IMG/VR virus record: IMGVR_UViG_3300030019_000003
Coordinates: 186,001-250,000 of that record
Length of the DNA: 64,000 bases
Strand: one strand, 5' to 3'
In this document: positions 9,395 through 20,126 of the stretch, in pieces
How the letters are laid out: every line of letters starts with the position of its first letter
Position numbering within the stretch: the first letter of the stretch is position 1
Program-made: the position numbers and the translations under genes
The notes under the pieces: generated by a model
Told to the model about the DNA's origin: nothing
The model's database searches: none
The model's input: only the letters and a program-made list of their open reading frames with translations

Positions 9395-10189
9395 ATGGGG
9401 TATGATAAAAGTATATCCTTTTATGGCATAGGTATCGTAGCTAAGAATAAAGAAGTTAATAGTCTCTATATAGAAGTAACACCTACAGAGACTATGCCTA
9501 CTATGGATGGTGAGCTTGGTAAACAAAATATTGTAACCTCTGAGTCTACAGATTCTTCTGGAAATGCCAGTATTAGTAAAGTAGATAAAACAGGAGCTAT
9601 AACCGCAAGGTGGCTGAATGATAATACCAGTAATGTTATCTCACCACCTCAAGTACGTGTAGGTGAGCAGGTTAAGCTTTATGTATTAGCAGGTGGTAAT
9701 GAGTATGGTTGGAAAACCTTAGGTTCTGATCACGATCTAAGAGATCGTGATCGCTATATCGTATTTGCTTCTAGTAAACCTGAGAAGTCTTCTGACTGGA
9801 TAACTAAAGGTTATTACGTATTGCTAGACGCTATTGATAAAAAAGTACAAATACATACTTCTACTGCTGATAGTGAACCAGTAGGATTTGATATGGTGTT
9901 TGATACTAAAGAAGGTGCATTCTTTTTGGTTGATACACTTGGTAACTATATCAAGCTAGACTCTGTTAAAGGTAACTACGAGATTGGTCTTATTAATAAG
10001 ATGGATATAAAGCTTAAAAAGTTCTCTGTTGATAATGGTACATGTAATCTAGTACAAACTCTTTCTGATCTATGCTCTGTATTAATAGCACAGTCACACA
10101 TAGATAGCATGCGCGGGCATACAACTATTTCACCAGAGACTAAGAGTGCCATAGAAGGCATAAAGTCTAAATTAAATACATTTATATAA
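9395..10189 (+). CDS. Putative baseplate spike/hub protein (gpV/gp5-like OB-fold plus beta repeats)
   Basis: GIGIVA...P.VGEQV.L OB-fold pattern; beta-rich GNYIKLDS.KG repeats; His pair near the C-terminus. Confidence 0.5.
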   Translation: MGYDKSISFYGIGIVAKNKEVNSLYIEVTPTETMPTMDGELGKQNIVTSESTDSSGNASISKVDKTGAITARWLNDNTSNVISPPQVRVGEQVKLYVLAGGNEYGWKTLGSDHDLRDRDRYIVFASSKPEKSSDWITKGYYVLLDAIDKKVQIHTSTADSEPVGFDMVFDTKEGAFFLVDTLGNYIKLDSVKGNYEIGLINKMDIKLKKFSVDNGTCNLVQTLSDLCSVLIAQSHIDSMRGHTTISPETKSAIEGIKSKLNTFI

Positions 10190-10200
10190 AGGATAAAAAT

Positions 10201-10518
10201 ATGCATGAGAGTACAGTTGAGGCGTTATTAAAATTAAGAAAAGCTTGGGCACCACGTTTAACGCCAGAGTTGATAGATGCTGCTATTATTAAAGAGAGCT
10301 ATTTAATCTTTCCAGAGACAACTGTTACCGTATGCTGTTTAACACTTGTAAATGGCTTTAACGTAGTTGGGTATAGCAGTTGTGCCTCTATAGAGAATTT
10401 TAATAAAGAGATAGGCGAGAAAGTTGCTAGAACTAATGCTAGAGATAAAATCTGGGATCTAGAAGGTTATCTTCTTAAACAAAAACTGTATGAGGACGCA
10501 CAAAATGTCACTGCCTAA
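10201..10518 (+). CDS. Phage gp49/gp66 family protein
   Basis: TVTVCCLTLVNGFNVVGYSSCASIENFNKEIGEKVA...IWDLEGYLLK family pattern. Confidence 0.85.
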   Translation: MHESTVEALLKLRKAWAPRLTPELIDAAIIKESYLIFPETTVTVCCLTLVNGFNVVGYSSCASIENFNKEIGEKVARTNARDKIWDLEGYLLKQKLYEDAQNVTA

Positions 10519-11134
10519 TACATATGTTATACCGCCTATCGGTACTAAAGGTGTCTTTAGTTTTAAAGCACCTTTTGATACAGTAGATAAGATAGGAGCT
10601 ACAGAGGAGTTAACGGTTACAGCGGTAAGATCTCTTATTGAGTTGGTTAACTCTGATGAGAAACCCTACGATACTATTTATACACCAATAGGTTTAACAA
10701 TTACTGAGTATAAAGAGGATCTTGATACTAATGTACCTATCATTGTTTTAATCAAAACAAACGGCGATCACTTTTATGTCCCGGCAGATAGAATAAAAAG
10801 TCTTCCTGACATTTCAGGTTATAGATATCGTAAGGTTATGATAGGTATGAATTTAGGTTCTTTACCAATGGATTATGATCTTACTTTACTTAAGGCTAAC
10901 CTTGAAAGTTCTGTTAAAGAGAGTACGGGTATAGTGACCGTAGCCACGGCTATTCCTATGTCGGCTATTACTTACGTAACTGCTGCAGAGCATAATAAGC
11001 TAAAAGCCTTATTAGAGAATAAATCTTCTGTTGATTTATCTTATAAAACTCTTTATGAACAACAGCTCTCGCTTAACACCACATTAAAAACTACAATTAC
11101 CTCTCTAGAAAATGAATTGAAGAAACATGTATAA
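10505..11134 (+). CDS. Conserved phiKZ-like hypothetical protein
   Basis: Start likely ATG 10505 (GAGG upstream); PPIGTKGVFSFKAPF and VP...I.SLPD motifs; coiled-coil C-terminus. Confidence 0.6.
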   Translation: MSLPNTYVIPPIGTKGVFSFKAPFDTVDKIGATEELTVTAVRSLIELVNSDEKPYDTIYTPIGLTITEYKEDLDTNVPIIVLIKTNGDHFYVPADRIKSLPDISGYRYRKVMIGMNLGSLPMDYDLTLLKANLESSVKESTGIVTVATAIPMSAITYVTAAEHNKLKALLENKSSVDLSYKTLYEQQLSLNTTLKTTITSLENELKKHV

Positions 11135-11165
11135 CACTACAGAGACATTGTCTCTGTAGTGTTAT
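11131..11165. terminator. Bidirectional 17-bp-arm palindrome between convergent genes
   Basis: ATAACACTACAGAGACA-t-TGTCTCTGTAGTGTTAT. Confidence 0.8.
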
Positions 11166-11169
11166 TTTC

Positions 11170-11994
11170 TTAACTGTTGATTGGTAACATACTTTTTATA
11201 AAAGCTGATTTAGATATGTTGTTATTAAAGAAGGCAACTTTCTTCCAGCGTTTTAATTCATCTGCATAGATTTGTGCTGCATCAGAATATTCATCTATTG
11301 TTTCTTTTACAGTAGAGAGCTCATGACCACCTAGAACATAACCCTTATCTAACTTTATTCTAAGATGTTTAAAAATATACATCTTGATACATGCTACAAC
11401 AAGATCCCCAAAAGCTAGATAAGATCTTGGATTAATATTTTCAAGATTCTTACTATTCTCTACAGTACATTTTAGGACACCTGTTGTAATCATAAAGTTA
11501 GGTTCTTCTACAATGATAGTATTCTCACCTATAACTTCTAATCGCGCTGTTTGGACTATGTTAAGATCGCTTAGCGCATTCATCATTTTTAATCCAGCTG
11601 TTAGCATAGGAGAAACCGTTAAGTTATTAAAACCATCATACCACATATTGCTGTTATTAGAAAAATAGGAATTAGCGTACATTGTGTTAGTAGAAAGAAT
11701 AGTGTTAGCACTAACGATACTGGCACCGTTAGTAAGTGATTTAGGTATTTCTAGAATAAATTTAGTAGGTTCTAATCTGCGAACATTCGCAGGTGAAAAG
11801 GGTACGACTAGGTCAATACCGCCAACAATGTTACAGTCTATTAATACCTTAGGACGTATAACCTTACACATTATTCGTTCATCAATACTGATGACTTGAT
11901 TTACCCTGTGTGTATTATCTATAAAGGCTATTTCTAAAACTTCTTCAGGTATTCTAAAATGGATTTCATTAAGTCCATAAAGTATTGCATTCAT
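11170..11994 (-). CDS. Conserved phiKZ-like virion structural protein (putative)
   Basis: MNAILYGLNEIHFRIPEEVLEIAF...KVIRPKVLIDCNIVGG pattern recalled from phiKZ-like phages; GAGG RBS. Confidence 0.6.
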   Translation of the reverse strand: MNAILYGLNEIHFRIPEEVLEIAFIDNTHRVNQVISIDERIMCKVIRPKVLIDCNIVGGIDLVVPFSPANVRRLEPTKFILEIPKSLTNGASIVSANTILSTNTMYANSYFSNNSNMWYDGFNNLTVSPMLTAGLKMMNALSDLNIVQTARLEVIGENTIIVEEPNFMITTGVLKCTVENSKNLENINPRSYLAFGDLVVACIKMYIFKHLRIKLDKGYVLGGHELSTVKETIDEYSDAAQIYADELKRWKKVAFFNNNISKSAFIKSMLPINS

Positions 11995-12022
11995 GATGAT
12001 CCTCTCATGGTGATAATATCAA

Positions 12023-12057
12023 CTAAGATAGTACTGGATTATCCAGTACTATCTTAG
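12023..12057. terminator. 17-bp-arm palindrome
   Basis: CTAAGATAGTACTGGAT-t-ATCCAGTACTATCTTAG. Confidence 0.8.
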
Positions 12058-12063
12058 CATTAT

Positions 12064-12561
12064 CTATTTTGTAGCAGGGGGCGTGTCTAGTACACCATCG
12101 CCGTCAGAATCAGTCCAACCTGTTTTACCAATGGAAACTGCTTTATCTTTAACATATGTTTGTACGGCTGCGCCATAAGTATTAATAAGACCTGGGTCAA
12201 CTTCTTTTAAGAAGTCAATACTGTGTTTATTTTTAGAAACAGCTGCACCAATAGCAGTTTCAGCCATTTTCTCTGCAAAGGTAATCGCACCCATAACTAA
12301 AGATTCAAAATGAGTTTCGTCATAACCGAACTCATTTAACTTCGCTTTAAAGCTATCACTAGAACGTGTTTTCTTAAACAGATAGTACGAACCAATCAAT
12401 AGAATGGCTACAATAATAACCATCACTACTTGAGTAATTAGCGCGTTAGTAGATGCTAACGCCGGATCAGGAACAACGGCTGTGCTATTTGCATCATCCG
12501 CAAAAAGAAAGCTTAAACAACTAGAAAACATTAACCCCATGAAAAAAAGCAATTTTTTCAT
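12064..12561 (-). CDS. Signal-peptide, single-TM membrane protein (holin-like?)
   Basis: MKKLLFF...FLFA/DD signal peptide; TM segment VVMVIIVAILLIGSYYLF; AAGGAG RBS. Confidence 0.55.
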   Translation of the reverse strand: MKKLLFFMGLMFSSCLSFLFADDANSTAVVPDPALASTNALITQVVMVIIVAILLIGSYYLFKKTRSSDSFKAKLNEFGYDETHFESLVMGAITFAEKMAETAIGAAVSKNKHSIDFLKEVDPGLINTYGAAVQTYVKDKAVSIGKTGWTDSDGDGVLDTPPATK

Positions 12562-12633
12562 ATGTGACTCCTTACGATAAGAATTTGAATAATCATTGAA
12601 TATTGTTTGATATTAATATTCTAAGGATCATTA

Positions 12634-12897
12634 ATGCCGTGTCTTTCAATTTCAGCAAAGTTACGAATAGAGACTAGCATAAAGAACATCGAAGACGAGC
12701 ATCTTGAACGACACATGACCTCTGCCGAAAGTGCTTGTTACGAAAATGCTAAAAAGATTAAAGAGACCTTTACTATAAAAGTAATGGGTACAGATTATCC
12801 TGTTAACACTTATGAAAAACTCCAAAGACACTTATTAAAAGTATCTAATGAGTTAAGTAACCTTGTGTGTATACTGCGAAAAAGAAGTTATAAGTAA
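12634..12897 (+). CDS. Hypothetical protein
   Basis: AAGGA RBS; stop codon lies in a palindrome arm. Confidence 0.55.
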   Translation: MPCLSISAKLRIETSIKNIEDEHLERHMTSAESACYENAKKIKETFTIKVMGTDYPVNTYEKLQRHLLKVSNELSNLVCILRKRSYK

Positions 12898-12923
12898 GAG
12901 AAGCGGATATCCGCTTCTCTTAC
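12894..12923. terminator. Perfect 30-bp palindrome holding the stops of both convergent genes
   Basis: GTAAGAGAAGCGGAT|ATCCGCTTCTCTTAC. Confidence 0.8.
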
Positions 12924-15727
12924 CATGATTTCATCAACTCTTCTAAACCTATTCTTCCGTACTGTATCGTTGGGGGTATCTCTTTATAATCCTCTGTCGA
13001 TACATTCATATCCGCCTCATTAATAATATCAACATCAGATGAGTAACCTGTTATCTTTTCCACTTCATCTTTAAAGAACGCGATAATATCAATATTACGA
13101 CTGTTAATATTAGGAACTTCTCCTGTATCTAATAGTGGTATATAAACATATGTTTGTTTATCTTGACCTCTACGCCACACACGGGCTATCGCTTGATCGT
13201 ATATGTACATCCTGAATGGGGTATCTAAGATGATAACAATATTAGCCGCTACAACAGGAACAGATTCACCTAGTGATTTGTAAGTCGCTATCAATGGGTT
13301 AACATTCTCATTCTCTGTAAATAACTTAACGGTTTGTGTTAAATGTTTAACATTTTCACCGTAGACACTAACAGGACTGTATCCCTCATTTCTTACATTT
13401 TTAAGAGCAGCATCACAAACATCTATATAGCTACTGAAAATAAGTGTTTTCTTTTCGGTAGATTCTATAATCTCTGTGAAATCAAAATGATACGCCATAT
13501 CCCTATGACATTCAATTCTAGCTTTACCTATAACCCCCGCTAACGCTTCACCCTGTACTTTTAAAGAAGGATATTTATAAATAGTTTTAGCCTCTTTAAA
13601 CAGTTTCTTTTCATCTCCCTGTAAAACAGGAAGCAAATACTTATTCTCAAAAACATTAGCATCTTTAATCGTTTGCGACATAAACATTAATTGTTTTCGT
13701 TTATAGCCATTTACGATATCTCTAATATTCTTTTCATAAGTATTAAAAAACTTAGGATCCACTTTATTTTTTAATTGTATCGCCTTAGCTTTCTCATAAA
13801 GTGACGTATAAAGTTTAGCATAGAGTTCTGCTTGCTTCTCAAGTTCTTCCATTCTCCTAGTTATAAATATTTTTAAATTAGTAGCTATAACTGGCAATGT
13901 GTAATCAACACCATTATCTAGTACCATGGGTATATTTCTAACAATAGGTTTTGGCCCAACATTATCTTTAGAAACTCTAACTGAGAAGTCCCCGTACCGC
14001 ATTCGTAATGTTTCTTTAAAAACATTACCAGGGTTCCTATATAATGCTAAGAAACGTTTTACAACAGCTCCTCTGAAGCGTAAGTCTAACATACTGATCA
14101 ATACTGCTAATTCAGCAACACCTGACTTAATAGGCGTTCCTGATAGTAATATAATATCTTCTGTATTTATAAGATCTAGTAACTTTAACAAAGCTACTGT
14201 TCTATTAGACTTAGCATCTAAGAAGTTATGTATTTCGTCTATGATGACAGTAATCTTCTTACCACTTATCTCTGGTAAAATATCAAAAAGTTTCTCTATT
14301 GACTCATAGTTACTTAAAATGAATTTTTCATTCTTATAACCTGTTTCATTCTTGACATTATAATAAGATTGTGGTTTCTTATAAATCTCTGTTGTCAATC
14401 CCTTTATCCAAACATTATCAACAGAGTTATTAGGAATAATACAGATAGCTACTTCAGTATTAACACATTCTGAAATAGCCAATGCTGTAAATGTATTATG
14501 GGTAGTAATGTAATTATCAACAACAAATAAATGATCTACATTATCTACTGCTATACAAGTAGCGTAATCAGATTTTGTTTTAACAATACTTTCTATGCCT
14601 AATAACATTTTTGTTTTAATAGGCTCAATAGTATTTATTAAATCCATATGGGCATTTGATGTAAAAAACTTATATGCTTCAGGGTGTTTAAACTTTAATA
14701 CACAAAGTCTTTTCTTGTTGTTTATCTTTGCTACTCCGCCAAGACTAAAAATGATAGACTGTAGATCTTTAACAAGAATTTCTGAATATGATGTGAATAT
14801 GAATTCACCTTCTTCGTTAACCGTGATATTTGCTTTATCAAAAATACCTTGCAATAAACTCCAGCGTTGTAATACACTACCATTCTTATACTCATTAGGT
14901 ATATACCAGTCTGTCGTTGCTAAGAAGTAAGGATCCTCTGGTAATGAAATAGAATCTATTTTCTCTGGGGTAATTAAGTCTATACTGGCTTTATTTCCAT
15001 TTATAGCTAGGAAATCAATAAGGTCCATTGTTGACATTATTTCATAATGACCTTGATTAACAAACGTATCCATTTCAGGATATATTTTCCATAAGTGATC
15101 ACCACAGGATACTATCTCACGACCATCTTCAAAACGTACAGTATATAAACATACGATACCTTGAGGATGTACCGAAAGTACTTTAGTAGGTTTACCGTCA
15201 TTACCTATAACTGTCTCACCTTTTATAAGACTGCCTATTGGCTTCCAACCGCCTGGTACTCTAACAGGTGTATCATCCCTTAAGGCTTTACCTGTACCAG
15301 TTCCCATATCAAAAAGTAACCCACGATAATGAAGTTTACTTTTATTTATCTCATATTTATCAAAAGCAGCCTGCTGATCTTCTAGTATCTTATAATGCAT
15401 TTTTTCATTAATAACCGATGTATCTAATGGTTCAACAGTATCATATTTTGATAGCTCTTTTATTTTAACAAGAAAAGCCCTTAAGGCTTTAATATTAACT
15501 CCGTACACGGAGTCACTGATAATAACATTCTCTAGGACATAAATAACTTCTGGAATAAAAAATCCATAGAAGCTAAAACCAATTAGTCCAAACTTAATAA
15601 ACAGAGCATCTATTTTTTGTATACCTAATTTACGTATAGATCTATTCCTAAAATTATTTCCGAAAAAACCTGTTACTGAGTATACATCATTTTTACTGTC
15701 ATAATTTATCATAACATTATTGAACAT
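12920..15727 (-). CDS. SNF2/DEAD-like superfamily 2 helicase containing an intein
   Basis: Walker A GTGTGK(intein)T, IIDEIH, LSGTP and motif VI QAIARVWRRGQ. Confidence 0.9.
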   Translation of the reverse strand: MFNNVMINYDSKNDVYSVTGFFGNNFRNRSIRKLGIQKIDALFIKFGLIGFSFYGFFIPEVIYVLENVIISDSVYGVNIKALRAFLVKIKELSKYDTVEPLDTSVINEKMHYKILEDQQAAFDKYEINKSKLHYRGLLFDMGTGTGKALRDDTPVRVPGGWKPIGSLIKGETVIGNDGKPTKVLSVHPQGIVCLYTVRFEDGREIVSCGDHLWKIYPEMDTFVNQGHYEIMSTMDLIDFLAINGNKASIDLITPEKIDSISLPEDPYFLATTDWYIPNEYKNGSVLQRWSLLQGIFDKANITVNEEGEFIFTSYSEILVKDLQSIIFSLGGVAKINNKKRLCVLKFKHPEAYKFFTSNAHMDLINTIEPIKTKMLLGIESIVKTKSDYATCIAVDNVDHLFVVDNYITTHNTFTALAISECVNTEVAICIIPNNSVDNVWIKGLTTEIYKKPQSYYNVKNETGYKNEKFILSNYESIEKLFDILPEISGKKITVIIDEIHNFLDAKSNRTVALLKLLDLINTEDIILLSGTPIKSGVAELAVLISMLDLRFRGAVVKRFLALYRNPGNVFKETLRMRYGDFSVRVSKDNVGPKPIVRNIPMVLDNGVDYTLPVIATNLKIFITRRMEELEKQAELYAKLYTSLYEKAKAIQLKNKVDPKFFNTYEKNIRDIVNGYKRKQLMFMSQTIKDANVFENKYLLPVLQGDEKKLFKEAKTIYKYPSLKVQGEALAGVIGKARIECHRDMAYHFDFTEIIESTEKKTLIFSSYIDVCDAALKNVRNEGYSPVSVYGENVKHLTQTVKLFTENENVNPLIATYKSLGESVPVVAANIVIILDTPFRMYIYDQAIARVWRRGQDKQTYVYIPLLDTGEVPNINSRNIDIIAFFKDEVEKITGYSSDVDIINEADMNVSTEDYKEIPPTIQYGRIGLEELMKSW
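14495..15286 (-). mobile_element. Class 3-type intein (264 aa) with degenerate LAGLIDADG domain
   Basis: Begins ALRDDTPV after GK; block B CGDHLW; block F ATCIAV; ends ITTHN with +1 Thr. Confidence 0.88.
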
Positions 15728-15797
15728 AAGTCCTCTCCTTTAACTCTCATTGAAATCGATCTATCTATTATATAAGTATCTTAAAACTGGGGTATAG

Positions 15798-18700
15798 TTG
15801 ATAAAACATGAAGGAATACACATGGTCTTTCCAGAATACAATAACCTATACCGGGCGGTGGGTACGACACGTTTAGTACACTTTGTAAGCCCTAGAATTA
15901 TAGACGGCGCGACGTTTAAATTCTGTAAAAATCCAATACTTTACTGGTTTACAGTTTCAGATATACCTGTTAAAATAGATAATACTTCTTCTTACTTAAA
16001 AGATATTAAGAAAACGTATATCAAAACTATTTTTGAATATATCGGTGAGGGTACGTTAGGTAACTTTCATAGGACTAATAATGTATCGACATCACAAGCA
16101 GTAAGCGAACTCGTTAAAAACGCACCTTACTTTAAATTCTTATCACCTACAGCAACAGAGTTAACAATGCCTAATACTACTCTAGCGATTGTTAATTATG
16201 GCTTATTAAATTCACGCTATCTGTATAGCTCTAACATACTTAATCCATATTATAAATGGTATAACGCTTTTCAAAAGATGTGTTCACAGCTATCTGATGC
16301 TACCTATAAAACAGATAGGCATCGTTTTGTTACTATTAATCTTCCTACATCATTGCCAACACGTAATCGTTTGGATATGTTTGCTGAAAAGATATTATCA
16401 TCACATCTTAAAGAACTCTCTATCTATCCTTATTTTACACTAGTAGATATTTGGAGATTCTTAACACCAGAATTAAAACAAACAAGCCTATTGGCAACTG
16501 TTCCAGAAAGTGAGTATCCTAATATAGATTTCATGTTTATAGTAGATACCAAAATAGTTCTCTTAAACTTTGGTATATTAGCAGGTCTTGTAAAAGAATA
16601 TAATCTACCAACAAAACTTCATGCTGATAGAGCTACCACTATTCGTAAACTCTTCTATCTGTTTTTACTTAATATTAACAGATTAACAAGTAAGCCTATT
16701 GATGAGATTATTAAAGATGGTGATAGTCAGCCTGATATCGCTATCACTGATAAACTCTTTGAGAAGATAGATACTTTTGGAACAGATGTAAATGCACCTA
16801 TACCAGTTGTAAACAATCCTGCAGTAGATATTAATCTAGAATTAGATAAACATGAGCCTGTTACGCCGGAAGAAGTTATTACAACGAATACTGATCTTCC
16901 TGAAGAATTAGTAGATGATTTTGACGAAGGTATTGATATCACAGCAGGTGAGTTAAGAGATCTTGCTAGTAGTAGCGATCATGTTGTTTATGATAATAAG
17001 GCTGAGATCTATAAAGAAGTAGCGCAGCCACAAGTCACCTTAGCAGTTCAAATAGGCGCTTTACAGGATTACGGTGTACTGACTAAATCTGAGGTAAACA
17101 AATACAATAACATCCTTATATCTCAAGAGTCATTACCTTCTCCTTATCCAGGAGATGTAACGCCGTTAAAAGATATGCTAAATAGTGCTCTAGATGTTTA
17201 TACACTGCCTGAAGAAGATTTAGCTATTACTGATAATCCTGTTGTTATTGACAAGAAAACACAAAAAGATGTTATAGGGACTATTAATAAAAACTATATC
17301 AAACATCAGCTTAAAAAAGATATTGTACGCTCCATCTATAAGATGCAAAGTGCGGGTGTTATCATCGATGACTATAAGGTAACTGATTCATCTACTATCC
17401 TAGGTGATTATAATCAGCATAGCTTTAGAATGATCCCACTAGATGGTAAAGCCTCTACTATTAAAGTAGCTTTTCCTGTTGTCAATGAGGATGGTACAAT
17501 TCGTTTATCCGGAAACCAATATAGAATGCGGGCTCAGCGTGCTGATTTTCCGATACGTAAGATAGATGCGACAACAGTATCTCTTTCTAGTAACTATGGT
17601 AAACTCTTTATAAGTAAAGCTGCTTATAAGAAGAATGATATAGGATATTGGTTACGAAATCTTATCATGACAAAGTATGATCTGAATGATGGATTAAGAG
17701 ATCTTGTTTTAGCAGAAGTTGATAATGAGGATTGTAAACAGCCATCACTTTACGGTTATCTATCCCGTTATATTAGATCTTTTAAGTACAACGATATTAT
17801 CTTCTCATTTGATTATAAACTACGGTACACATTATTAGCTAACACTACCGTTGAAGAGATTAAGAAGATTGAGGGCGATAAGTATATACTAATAGGTACA
17901 GAGAATGCTGTTCCAGTTTATGTTGATTTTGATAATAAACTGTATCATTATGTTGATGGAACTTTTCAAGTGTATTCTTCACTCTATGATGTTATCGGCA
18001 TTACTAAAGAGGATATGCCGTCAGAGCATACTGTTGTTAAAGTATTTAAACGTAGTGTTCCTACGGTATTAATGTTATCTTACTACATGGGTATCACAAA
18101 CCTTTTAAACATTTTAAAGGTTGAAGTTAGATATGTAGACTTTACCAGTCACCCTGGTGTAAAGATAAGAGAGAAGATGCCGGTAGGTGAACATCGCTTT
18201 ATGTTTAAAGATAAACTAGTCTATGTTAAAAAAGACTATGGCGATGCAGATCTTATTTTATCAGGTCTTAGTGAACTAGAGTCTTTAACACAACTATTTA
18301 ACTTTGAGGCTTTTAATAATAAAGAATCTTTTGAAACTATTTTCATACGTAGCGGGTTTAGTTATATGTATGTTAATGAAGTTAAATTAATGGAGTCTTT
18401 ATTTGTAGATCCTATTACCGAGACTATATTGAAAAAGATGGGTGAGCCATTAACTTTTAAAGGGCTATTACTAAGAGCCAATGAAATGCTCGTAGATGAT
18501 AACTATAAACACAGTAACAATGTTACTGAGATGACATTTAAAGGTTATGAGCGTGTACCAGGTATGTTCTATAATGAATTAGTTAAGGCAGTACGCGATC
18601 ATGAGAACAGAAGTTACTGGACTAAGTCTAGAGTAGTATTTCCAGAGTATAAAGTTATTGCTAATATAACTGAGGATAGCACTACTGTTATGGTTGATGA

Positions 18701-20117
18701 TACTAATCCTATAGCCTCTTTGAAGCAACGCGATGATACGACATACCTTGGCTATGGTGGGAGATCCCGTGAGGGAATGCAAAAGGATACTAGGCCTATT
18801 CATATTTCTGAAATAGGTATAACATCTGAAGCTACTAAAGATAGTGGAGATGTCGGTATTTCTTCTTATTTAACAGCTACTCCTAACCTAACGACTATAC
18901 GTGGTAACCCTGGTGTAACTGATGTAGCAAATGCTTCTTGGGGAGAGTTACTATCTGATACTGCCCTATTGTGTCCATTTTCCATAAATGATGATGCAAA
19001 ACGTTTAAATTTTGCTGGTATTCAAGCAGCACATGTTATTCCTATTATTAATTCTAGGGCTCCGTATGTAAGAACGGGACATGAAGCTATTATCCCTATT
19101 AAGGTAAAAGGTAGGTTCGTAACTATTGCAGAAGATAATGGAGTTGTTAAAAAAGTAACTTCTTCTAGTATGAAAGTTATGTATGAAAAACTAGGTGAAA
19201 AAGAGTATCCTATTTATTCATGGACAACCTCTAAAGAAGAATCCGGCTCATGTTATAGACATGATCTGGTTCCTAATCTTGTTGAAGGTGACGTGTTCGG
19301 AAAAGACGATACACTCATTTATGATATTGCTTTCTTTGAACCTGATATCTTTAATCGTAAACGTGTTGTTTATAAACAAGGTACTATGGTTAAAACAGCA
19401 TTTATAGATGATCCAGATACATATGAAGATAGTGGTGGAATTAGTAAACGATTTTGCGAGTCTCTTAAAACAAGACAAACAAAATATACTTCAGAAGTTA
19501 TTAGTAGTACAGACAATATACATAATCTTGTAAAACCTGGTGATAGAGTTGAAGCTACAACACCATTATTCAGTATAGCAGATGAGATGCTTAGTAATCT
19601 TGGTGATATGGACAAAAGAACTTTAAGTATTCTTCAAGAGTTAAAAATGAATACGCCTAAATCAAAAATAGCAGGTATCGTAAATAAGGTACACGTATTT
19701 TATAACTGTGCTTTAGAAGAACTTAGTCCGACACTGTTAGCTTTAGCAACAGAAGCTGATGCTGATTTACTTAAGAGTGCAGGTCATACAGGTAGAGTAA
19801 ATTCTAGTTATTCTATTGCAGGAGTTCCGTTATTACCAAATCAAGTAGAGGTAAAAGTCTATATTGATCTTATTGATAATATGGGTCTTGGTGATAAGGC
19901 TATTTTGGCTAATCAACTTAAATTTACTGTTGGTACTGTTGCCGATTATGAAATGACTACGGAATCAGGTGAGCCTATTGATCTATGGTTTGGTATACGA
20001 AGTGTCTCAGCTAGAATTGTTAATAGTGCCTATCTTATGGGAACTACAGCTTCTACTTTAGATGCTTTAAAAAACCTTATGGTTAAAACGTATAAAGAAC
20101 TTAAAGGCTCTAAATAA
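15798..20117 (+). CDS. Virion RNA polymerase beta subunit (phiKZ gp178-like)
   Basis: LNFAGIQAAH, YEDSGGIS, GDKAILANQLKFTVG and GEPIDL...SARIVN; heads a gp178-gp174-like gene block; TTG start. Confidence 0.9.
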   Translation: MIKHEGIHMVFPEYNNLYRAVGTTRLVHFVSPRIIDGATFKFCKNPILYWFTVSDIPVKIDNTSSYLKDIKKTYIKTIFEYIGEGTLGNFHRTNNVSTSQAVSELVKNAPYFKFLSPTATELTMPNTTLAIVNYGLLNSRYLYSSNILNPYYKWYNAFQKMCSQLSDATYKTDRHRFVTINLPTSLPTRNRLDMFAEKILSSHLKELSIYPYFTLVDIWRFLTPELKQTSLLATVPESEYPNIDFMFIVDTKIVLLNFGILAGLVKEYNLPTKLHADRATTIRKLFYLFLLNINRLTSKPIDEIIKDGDSQPDIAITDKLFEKIDTFGTDVNAPIPVVNNPAVDINLELDKHEPVTPEEVITTNTDLPEELVDDFDEGIDITAGELRDLASSSDHVVYDNKAEIYKEVAQPQVTLAVQIGALQDYGVLTKSEVNKYNNILISQESLPSPYPGDVTPLKDMLNSALDVYTLPEEDLAITDNPVVIDKKTQKDVIGTINKNYIKHQLKKDIVRSIYKMQSAGVIIDDYKVTDSSTILGDYNQHSFRMIPLDGKASTIKVAFPVVNEDGTIRLSGNQYRMRAQRADFPIRKIDATTVSLSSNYGKLFISKAAYKKNDIGYWLRNLIMTKYDLNDGLRDLVLAEVDNEDCKQPSLYGYLSRYIRSFKYNDIIFSFDYKLRYTLLANTTVEEIKKIEGDKYILIGTENAVPVYVDFDNKLYHYVDGTFQVYSSLYDVIGITKEDMPSEHTVVKVFKRSVPTVLMLSYYMGITNLLNILKVEVRYVDFTSHPGVKIREKMPVGEHRFMFKDKLVYVKKDYGDADLILSGLSELESLTQLFNFEAFNNKESFETIFIRSGFSYMYVNEVKLMESLFVDPITETILKKMGEPLTFKGLLLRANEMLVDDNYKHSNNVTEMTFKGYERVPGMFYNELVKAVRDHENRSYWTKSRVVFPEYKVIANITEDSTTVMVDDTNPIASLKQRDDTTYLGYGGRSREGMQKDTRPIHISEIGITSEATKDSGDVGISSYLTATPNLTTIRGNPGVTDVANASWGELLSDTALLCPFSINDDAKRLNFAGIQAAHVIPIINSRAPYVRTGHEAIIPIKVKGRFVTIAEDNGVVKKVTSSSMKVMYEKLGEKEYPIYSWTTSKEESGSCYRHDLVPNLVEGDVFGKDDTLIYDIAFFEPDIFNRKRVVYKQGTMVKTAFIDDPDTYEDSGGISKRFCESLKTRQTKYTSEVISSTDNIHNLVKPGDRVEATTPLFSIADEMLSNLGDMDKRTLSILQELKMNTPKSKIAGIVNKVHVFYNCALEELSPTLLALATEADADLLKSAGHTGRVNSSYSIAGVPLLPNQVEVKVYIDLIDNMGLGDKAILANQLKFTVGTVADYEMTTESGEPIDLWFGIRSVSARIVNSAYLMGTTASTLDALKNLMVKTYKELKGSK

Positions 20118-20126
20118 TGTTATACT

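Noticed and set aside
15798-20117. Host (bacterial) rpoB or a prophage context
   Set aside because: The motifs are highly diverged, the N-terminal region is phage-specific, and all neighbours are phiKZ-type virion genes.
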